From assembly GCA_038061995.1 (NCBI GenBank), contig JBBTYA010000001.1, positions 10,441 through 74,440 of the forward strand: 64,000 bases of DNA. The letters are read 5' to 3'. The position numbers and the translations under genes were made by a program. Under the pieces are notes generated by a model that was given only the letters and a program-made list of their open reading frames with translations, ran no database searches and had not been told where the DNA came from. This document shows positions 55,732 to 64,000 of the stretch, piece by piece. The DNA is from Patescibacteria group bacterium (lineage in GTDB: Bacteria > Patescibacteriota > Minisyncoccia > 2-02-FULL-40-12 > GWA2-44-9). Within the stretch, counting starts at the first letter, position 1. Each line of letters opens with the position of its first letter.

Positions 55732-55850
55732 AATAAAACTGTGAGCCTGCGTGGTTCCTGGGCCCTTGTTTAGGGCCCGCCCATTCCTCCACGCATTCGG
55801 AATGGGCCCACTCGGCCAACCCTCCAATCAACAACTCTCCAATAAAACTG
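55732..55850 (-). repeat. Duplication of the tRNA-Ser 5' end around a structured insert
   Basis: ccactcggccaaccctccaat at 55714-55734 and 55808-55828; ctccaataaaactg at 55728-55741 and 55837-55850. Confidence 0.8.
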
Positions 55851-55879
55851 ATGGATTCTAGCAATAAAAACGCCGTTCT

Positions 55880-56794
55880 TCAAGCAGTTTCGCGAGGGTA
55901 ATCCATGCCCCGCAATGCGCGAACACGGTCAGCAACGGGAGGATGCGTCATGAAAAGTTTCGTAAACCATGAGAGCGCGTCCTTACCCTTAAATGGGTTT
56001 GCGAGAAAGAGGTGTGCTGTTGCGTTGTGTGCGTTAGGCATAGGCGCGCTGTCAGCGCCTATTTTTTCTAGCGCGCTCGCAAGGCCCTCGGGATAGCGCG
56101 TGAGAAGTGCTCCCGATGCATCGGCGAGATACTCACGCTTGCGAGAAACAGCTAAACGAATAAGGGTTGCGGCAATAGGCGCAAGAATCGCGGCAATGAG
56201 CGCGACAACGAGCAACACAGCGCCACCCTGCTTATTATTATCCGAAGAGCGCCCGTGTAAACCAGCGCGCAATCCAATGTCAGCGAGAATAGAGATAACG
56301 CCCGCAAGTACAACCGCAACGGTTCCTACTAACATATCTCGATTTCCAATGTGTGACAGCTCATGCGCAAGCACTCCCTCAAGCTCGTTATCATCGAGCT
56401 TCTCGAGCGCACCACGCGTTACCGCAACTGCCGCCTTTTGCGGATTACGTCCCGTGGCAAAAGCGTTAATCTGTGCGCCCGGGATGATATAAAGCCGAGG
56501 CATCGGCAAACCTGCAGTGATAGAAAGATTCTCTACCATGCGATGCAGGCGTACGTTCTCTTCACGCGACACTGGGCGCGCGCCCGACATACGCAACGCA
56601 ATGCGATCTGAAAACCAGAACGCAATAATATTACTCCCCGTACTAAAGAGCACGGCAACGTAGAGAATCTCTGGCGCTTGGAACGCTTGGCTAAAGAGAA
56701 AGCCGATACCGATCACAAACACGAGGAAGCCCGACATGAGCATCCACGTCGTGCGAATGTTGCCGTCACGATGTTCGTACAGCGTTTGTGCCAT
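55880..56794 (-). CDS. htpX: M48 zinc metalloprotease HtpX
   Basis: NAFATGR, ELEGVLAHELSH, SR.REYLAD, THPP...R motifs. Confidence 0.95.
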   Translation of the reverse strand: MAQTLYEHRDGNIRTTWMLMSGFLVFVIGIGFLFSQAFQAPEILYVAVLFSTGSNIIAFWFSDRIALRMSGARPVSREENVRLHRMVENLSITAGLPMPRLYIIPGAQINAFATGRNPQKAAVAVTRGALEKLDDNELEGVLAHELSHIGNRDMLVGTVAVVLAGVISILADIGLRAGLHGRSSDNNKQGGAVLLVVALIAAILAPIAATLIRLAVSRKREYLADASGALLTRYPEGLASALEKIGADSAPMPNAHNATAHLFLANPFKGKDALSWFTKLFMTHPPVADRVRALRGMDYPRETA

Positions 56795-56802
56795 AGGTAT
56801 CA

Positions 56803-57348
56803 CTAGAATGCTACCTTCACGTTCTCACGCTGAGCTGCGTCTTCGATTTCGAAGAATTCTTCCTTCTTGAAGCTAAACAGGTTCGCAATGATGTTCGAGG
56901 GGAATTGCTCCACTTTTGTGTTGAGCGACATCACTGTTGAGTTGTAGAAACGACGTGCGGCCTGGATCTTATCTTCTGTATCAGTGAGTTCGTCCTGCAA
57001 TTTCGTGAATGACTCAACTGCGCGAAGCTGCGGATATGCTTCGGAGAGTGCAAAGAGTGATTTCAATGCTCCAGAGAGTTGGTTCTCAGCCGCACCATGC
57101 TCAGCAACACTTTTTGCCTGCATTGCCTGCGAGCGCGCTTGAATAACGCGGTCTAGCGTTCCTTGCTCATGCGCTGCGTATCCCTTCACCGTTTCTACAA
57201 GGTTAGGAATGAGGTCGTAGCGACGCTTGAGTTGTACATCAATATCAGACCACGCCTCTTTCACGCGATTACGAAGCGTGACAAAACCGTTATAGGAGAG
57301 GGCAAACCATACTGCGATGACTACGAGAATAATAATAGGCCACATCAT
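56803..57348 (-). CDS. lemA: LemA family protein
   Basis: WSDIDVQLKRRYDLIPNLVETVKGYA.HE, EAYPQL, ARRFYN motifs. Confidence 0.96.
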   Translation of the reverse strand: MMWPIIILVVIAVWFALSYNGFVTLRNRVKEAWSDIDVQLKRRYDLIPNLVETVKGYAAHEQGTLDRVIQARSQAMQAKSVAEHGAAENQLSGALKSLFALSEAYPQLRAVESFTKLQDELTDTEDKIQAARRFYNSTVMSLNTKVEQFPSNIIANLFSFKKEEFFEIEDAAQRENVKVAF

Positions 57349-57420
57349 TGCTCAAATGCGCTCTGTCACAAAGCGTGTTATGCGCTCACAGTATAGCAAC
57401 CACGTGCTACAACGCAAGCA

Positions 57421-57452
57421 ATCAAAAGGGAGCCATGTGGCTCCCTTTTGAT
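57421..57452 (-). terminator. groESL terminator
   Basis: atcaaaagggagcca-tg-tggctcccttttgat. Confidence 0.8.
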
Positions 57453-57469
57453 TGCTTCACCTAACGTTC

Positions 57470-59402
<1,933 letters not shown>

Positions 59403-59469
59403 AGTCGCAGAAACGACGGCGGGCGGTACGGTGCGCGGCTCTCCCCGCACAATGCCGCCAGCCATTGAA

Positions 59470-59496
59470 TTAGCAGTTGCACTACGAGAGTGCTAA
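59470..59496. promoter_or_regulatory. CIRCE element (HrcA operator)
   Basis: ttagcagtt-N9-gagtgctaa versus consensus TTAGCACTC-N9-GAGTGCTAA, upstream of groES. Confidence 0.85.
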
Positions 59497-59528
59497 CGAG
59501 AGCATTCTAGGCAAGACGCGAGAGAGTG

Positions 59529-60479
59529 TCAAGCGATCTCGCATGCGTCTGACCCAAGACCAGAATCTGGAGCGCGCACTACTATCCCCGCCGAATCACA
59601 AAACGCTTCGTAGCGCTTGAGAATGGCGCCTTCTTGTGAGCGCGGGTGGAATTCTAATACACGATGAGTCGCCTGGATTCTTCCCCGCCCTACCGTTGCT
59701 ACGCCGCGAGCAATGCGGCCCACTTGAATGCGTTGCGCAAAAGGTTCTGCAAAGAAAAGAGCAAGCTCGAAGAAACGCTTTACCCACACCGAAAGGCGAG
59801 ATACGCGCACGACTCGCTGTGGTGAATGGGGCGCACGATACGCTAGATACTTCCCCATCCATGCCTGATGGTGTATCCATTGCTGTGCATAGGCAGCACC
59901 ATACACGGGCACCATGTGCGCGTAGACCCACGCAGTGTAGATACTCTGATGGCGCAGCGCGCTCCCATCATCAACAATCCAGTGGTTCATGCATAGCTTG
60001 TCTGGCGCGCGCACATCGTGCGCCGCTCGCCGAACGCCCGATAGCGATGTAAGCACTAGCGCACAGAAGCGCGCAGAAAATATGTGTCCGGGCATTACTA
60101 AGCACACCACATCAACGTCGCCATCTGCGTCACTTGCGTCATAAGCGAGCGAACCACTCACCCACACTACACGGATCCACGGCACCCACGCCAGCACTTG
60201 CAGGGCGCGCAATGCATGCAACCACTTTACCCGAGTAAGCGCCGCGCGTGATTCGTACTCTTCGATAAGCGCCCGAGTTTCAGGTCTGATACCAAAGCGC
60301 CCATGCCATGAGGAGATCACACCGCGGGCAGCAAGGTTCTCAACTCCAAGCACCACAGCATCAAGAGAGCGGGGACACTGTACGCGTTCTGCAATGCCAC
60401 TAAGAGTAAGTGGAAAACCCACACTCTGCCCATAGGCAATAGCGCGAAGAATATCCTCTTCGAGGGACGGAAATGCCAT
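59529..60479 (-). CDS. Hypothetical protein with a nucleotidyltransferase-like motif
   Basis: VSGSLA....DADGDVD fits the pol-beta GS-x10-DxD motif. Confidence 0.75.
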   Translation of the reverse strand: MAFPSLEEDILRAIAYGQSVGFPLTLSGIAERVQCPRSLDAVVLGVENLAARGVISSWHGRFGIRPETRALIEEYESRAALTRVKWLHALRALQVLAWVPWIRVVWVSGSLAYDASDADGDVDVVCLVMPGHIFSARFCALVLTSLSGVRRAAHDVRAPDKLCMNHWIVDDGSALRHQSIYTAWVYAHMVPVYGAAYAQQWIHHQAWMGKYLAYRAPHSPQRVVRVSRLSVWVKRFFELALFFAEPFAQRIQVGRIARGVATVGRGRIQATHRVLEFHPRSQEGAILKRYEAFCDSAGIVVRAPDSGLGSDACEIA

Positions 60480-60564
60480 GCCTCCAGCATACCGTACCCA
60501 TTCATTTTCGCCATGCCCCAAGGATTGATTTTCTTAAAAAAGACGGTATAATAATCACCTTCGT

Positions 60565-61842
60565 ATGACACCGGCCCAGCTCACGACACTCATTCGCACC
60601 GCACCTCGCACCCCGGGTGTCTATCGCTTTTTGCACGGGAAAAAACCGCTCTATATAGGAAAGGCCACGCAACTACGCTCACGTCTTGCGTCATATGCCC
60701 GCGCCGGCGACCCACGCATTGCGTATATGGTCTCACAAGCAACAAAAGTAACATGGGAAGAACTCCAATCACCCATTGAAGCGCTCATTGAGGAAGCGCG
60801 ACTCATTAAAAAACTGAAGCCCCACTACAACATCGTTATGCGCGATGATAAGCAGTACCTTTTTGTTGAAATAACTGAGGAGGCATTCCCGCGCATCATC
60901 GTTACTCATCAGCCATCTCGCGCAGATGCCCTTGGACCGTTCACTGATTCTGGCGCGCTGAAACAGACACTCCGTATCTTGCGCACTCTTTTCCCGTACT
61001 GCACCTGCACACAAAAACACTACGTGCGCTGTCTCAACGCGCATATTGGCAAATGCCTTGGTGTTTGTTGCTTGAGAGAAACGGACGGAGTCGATACAAA
61101 GCCATACCGACGCAACATCCAGTCGATCGTAGGCATCTTGAGCGGTAAACGCACATCAGTACTCGCTACGCTCACCCGCACCATGAAACGCGCTGCGAAA
61201 GCAGGCGCGCTTGAAGACGCCCTCGCACTACAGAAAACGATTGATCACATGGAGCGCATCTTTGCGCATGCCCAGATTCATGCGCGCCTTCAACCCGTAG
61301 CACACAGCGACGCCCTCGCCGCACTACAGAAAACGCTCAGACTCCCCAAGCCACCAGTACGCATTGAGGGCTACGACATCGCACACATGCAGGGGGCCTA
61401 TGCGACTGGCTCATTGGTCGTATTTAAAGAAGGCGCACCGTGTAAGAACGCCTACCGTAAATTCCGCATCCATGCGAGCGGAAAGCCCGACGATACCGCG
61501 ATGCTCACCGAAGTACTCACCCGGCGCCTCGCCCATCGCCCCGGCGTGGCGCGCGGAGCAAACGCGTGGGAACTTCCGGATTGCATCGTTGTTGACGGAG
61601 GCAAGGCGCAGTATAACGCCGTGCGCGCAGTGCTTGAAAAGCAAGGGCTTACGATCCCCGTTATCGCTTTCACAAAAGATGAGCGGCATGTGGGTAGCCA
61701 CCTCACCACATCGCGAGGCGTCCTCCCTCTCCCCACACTCCCTCGCGACGTACAAACGCTGGTAAGCCACATAGATAATGAAGCCCACCGGTTCGCTATT
61801 CAGTATTATCGGAGCCTTCACCTCAAGGGGCAGCGTGGTTGA
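60565..61842 (+). CDS. uvrC: Excinuclease ABC subunit C (lacks the C-terminal HhH region)
   Basis: PGVYRF...YIGKA..LR.RL.SY GIY-YIG, RIEGYDIAH, YRKFRI, PD..VVDGGK.Q, EAHRFAI motifs. Confidence 0.92.
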   Translation: MTPAQLTTLIRTAPRTPGVYRFLHGKKPLYIGKATQLRSRLASYARAGDPRIAYMVSQATKVTWEELQSPIEALIEEARLIKKLKPHYNIVMRDDKQYLFVEITEEAFPRIIVTHQPSRADALGPFTDSGALKQTLRILRTLFPYCTCTQKHYVRCLNAHIGKCLGVCCLRETDGVDTKPYRRNIQSIVGILSGKRTSVLATLTRTMKRAAKAGALEDALALQKTIDHMERIFAHAQIHARLQPVAHSDALAALQKTLRLPKPPVRIEGYDIAHMQGAYATGSLVVFKEGAPCKNAYRKFRIHASGKPDDTAMLTEVLTRRLAHRPGVARGANAWELPDCIVVDGGKAQYNAVRAVLEKQGLTIPVIAFTKDERHVGSHLTTSRGVLPLPTLPRDVQTLVSHIDNEAHRFAIQYYRSLHLKGQRG

Positions 61843-61878
61843 AGCACGACAGGGAATGTGCTAGGATAGCCACTGCTT

Positions 61879-62229
61879 ATGATCATTCGCTTTGCAACGC
61901 GAACGGTAGTAAATGCGCTCGGCCTCTACGTGGCAGCCCTCTTTATTCCGGGCTTTTCCATCTCGGCAAGCGCGTCGATCTACCTCCTTGCAGGCGCAGT
62001 GCTTACCATCCTCCACGGAGTGATTAGGCCGATCATGACGTTCATTTCATTTCCCCTCATCATTGTCACGTTTGGGCTTTTTAGTATCATTATCAACGCC
62101 CTTCTCCTTGGCATTGTCGATTGGAAGTTCGCCGCTATCGAAAGCACAAGCGCGTGGTCACTCATTGGCGCGACTCTCATCGTCTCGCTCGTAAATCTCG
62201 CACTTGCACGTATGGAACGCACCGTCTAA
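61879..62229 (+). CDS. Four-TM membrane protein (YvlD/phage holin family IV-like)
   Basis: IRPI...ISFPL..VTFGLF..IINA signature. Confidence 0.85.
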   Translation: MIIRFATRTVVNALGLYVAALFIPGFSISASASIYLLAGAVLTILHGVIRPIMTFISFPLIIVTFGLFSIIINALLLGIVDWKFAAIESTSAWSLIGATLIVSLVNLALARMERTV

Positions 62230-62242
62230 TATCTCACTACCT

Positions 62243-62461
62243 ATGGAAACCATTCTCTCCTACGCACATATTGCAGTATCAGTCCTCCTGGTCATTGGCA
62301 TCCTCATGCAGCAACGCGGAGGCGGCCTTTCTTCCGTCATGGGGGCTGGCGCTATGGAATACGCTACAAAGCGTGGCGCAGAGCACACTATCTATATCGC
62401 CACCATTGTGTTTGCCGTTCTCTTCGTCGGAATCTCGATCGCACGCATTGCGCTGAGCTAA
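62243..62461 (+). CDS. secG: Preprotein translocase subunit SecG
   Basis: LLVIGILMQQRGGGLSSVMG...TKRGAE; start at the ATG at 62243. Confidence 0.9.
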   Translation: METILSYAHIAVSVLLVIGILMQQRGGGLSSVMGAGAMEYATKRGAEHTIYIATIVFAVLFVGISIARIALS

Positions 62462-62479
62462 GCGCGACGTGCTTTTCGC

Positions 62480-64000
62480 ATGCCACATAACGAACACCAG
62501 TTAGACGACTTCTTTTCCGCGCCTGCACCACAGACGGCGGGAGCTCCCTCTGAGCGCGAAGGCGATCCTGTCGCGGCACGCATTTTCTGGCGCCAACGAT
62601 TCCGTCTTCTTCCAAAAGTCCTCTCATTCCGCGAACGCTACAGCATCGCAGCTCTCGCACTTGTTGTTATCGCAAGTATCGCACTCATTCCCGTCGCACT
62701 GTGGCGATCTTCTACAGTTGTTGGCGCCGACACCGGCGGTTCATTTACTGAAGGCATTCTCGGCGAGCCTCGTTTTATTAACCCCGTACTTTCGTATGCG
62801 AATGAAGTAGATCGCGATCTTGAAACGCTTCTCTTTTCGGGGCTTCTCTCTTTTGATACCCAAGGAAACCTCATCCCCGATCTCGCGAAAACATTCCCAG
62901 AGATTTCAAGTGACGGGCTGAACTATACCGTCTACTTAAAAGAACACGCGCTCTGGCACGACGGTAAACCCGTTACCGCAGATGACGTCTTATTCACTAT
63001 TGAAACGATCCAAAACCCTGATTTTGGAAGCCCGTTACGCATCGCGTGGCAGGGAGTTACCGTTGAAAAAGTAAATGAATTCGCGGTGATGTTTAAGCTG
63101 AAAACAGCATACGCACAATTCCCCAACACGCTTACTGTTGGTCTTATCCCAAAGCACATCTGGCAAGACATTCGGCCCGCATCATTTGCGCTTCATGATC
63201 TCAATACACGCCCTGTCGGCGCTGGGCCCTATCGCTTTGAGAAACTTGAGAAAGATAGCGTGGGGCGCATCTCGTCATACACGGTACGTGCATTTGAAGA
63301 CTTTCATGCGGGTCGCCCTTATATCGATCGCGTGACAATACAATTCTTCCAAAGTGAAGATGCGCTCATCGACGCATTCAAACGTCGCCAGATCGATAGC
63401 ATCGCCGGAATTTCTCCAAAAGCCCAGAAGGAGATCGGGTCACCACGACGCATCACCTATGCCGACACAAGCATCCCTCGTTACTTTGCAGTTTTCTTTA
63501 ACCAGAGCCGTAGCGCGCTCATTGCCGACAGAAATGTGCGCCTTGCGCTTTCACATGCAACCGATCGCGATGCGCTTATCACCGATGTCCTGCATGGCAA
63601 AGGCGTATCCGTTGATCGCCCGTTTGTTGAAAGTGTTCTTTCTATTCCAGACGACGTTGCCGCTCCAGCATTTGATCCAGAAAAAGCGAAAGCAGTACTC
63701 ACCGCCGATGGATGGGCGCTCGGAAATGATGGCATCTTTGCAAAGCGCGGCACGCGGCTATCTCTTACGCTCACCACCAGCACGCAGCCGGAGCTTGCTG
63801 ACGTAGCGCAACGCATCGCGACACAGTGGCGCACTGCGGGGGTAGAACTTACCGTTTCTTCGCTCTCGTTTGTTCAGTTGCAACAAGCTATTAAGGATCG
63901 TTCCTATGACATGCTTCTCTTTGGAGTGGTAATGAGTTTGGATCCCGATCCATTCCCAGTCTGGCACTCATCGCAAAAGCGTGAGCCGGGCGCAAATATC
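62480..64000 (+). CDS. ABC peptide/nickel substrate-binding protein (family 5), runs off the window end
   Basis: Frame from the ATG at 62480 gives GGSFTEGILGEPRFINPVL...LLFSGL...PDLA...WHDGKPVTADDV.FT...PVGAGPY; absent from the ORF track, consistent with no stop inside the window. Confidence 0.9.
   Translation, partial: MPHNEHQLDDFFSAPAPQTAGAPSEREGDPVAARIFWRQRFRLLPKVLSFRERYSIAALALVVIASIALIPVALWRSSTVVGADTGGSFTEGILGEPRFINPVLSYANEVDRDLETLLFSGLLSFDTQGNLIPDLAKTFPEISSDGLNYTVYLKEHALWHDGKPVTADDVLFTIETIQNPDFGSPLRIAWQGVTVEKVNEFAVMFKLKTAYAQFPNTLTVGLIPKHIWQDIRPASFALHDLNTRPVGAGPYRFEKLEKDSVGRISSYTVRAFEDFHAGRPYIDRVTIQFFQSEDALIDAFKRRQIDSIAGISPKAQKEIGSPRRITYADTSIPRYFAVFFNQSRSALIADRNVRLALSHATDRDALITDVLHGKGVSVDRPFVESVLSIPDDVAAPAFDPEKAKAVLTADGWALGNDGIFAKRGTRLSLTLTTSTQPELADVAQRIATQWRTAGVELTVSSLSFVQLQQAIKDRSYDMLLFGVVMSLDPDPFPVWHSSQKREPGANI

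Noticed and set aside
61879-62229. Prophage, suggested by a holin-family protein
   Set aside because: This four-TM family is commonly chromosomal; its neighbours are uvrC and secG and no phage genes are present.

Overview
A 64 kb chromosomal segment that looks like a small-genome CPR/Patescibacteria (Parcubacteria-like) bacterium; this taxonomy is inferred from gene content, short EF-Ts/RF1/UvrC and the lack of Shine-Dalgarno sites on housekeeping genes. The core genes include a Thr-Tyr-Thr-rpmG-Trp cluster, rpsB-tsf, rpmE, prfA, rplY, sugar-phosphate genes (fba, pfkB, rpe, rpiB), trxB, grx, sod, tgt, queA, typA, a MacAB-like exporter, a CsoR copper operon, rpoD-dnaG, lemA-htpX, CIRCE-groESL, uvrC and secG. 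No CRISPR, rRNA, transposase or integrase was seen. The unusual signal is mostly intergenic. (1) Four dispersed copies of a ~135-150 nt three-way-junction element share a covarying core but have unrelated closing stems. (2) Three tandem hairpin-rich transcription units lie at 17.2-18.6 kb, two carrying 27- and 33-aa ORFs, and a further stand-alone ~320 nt RNA lies at 47.9-48.2 kb. (3) tRNA-Asn carries a group I intron, is overlapped by an HNH gene, and heads an AT-rich gene array cut into cassettes by repeated att-like motifs. (4) Structured inserts duplicate the ends of tRNA-Tyr and tRNA-Ser. (5) A giant Ig-repeat surface protein is co-encoded with a dockerin protein and a membrane-anchored cohesin. 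All structures were read by eye; no folding program or database search was run.
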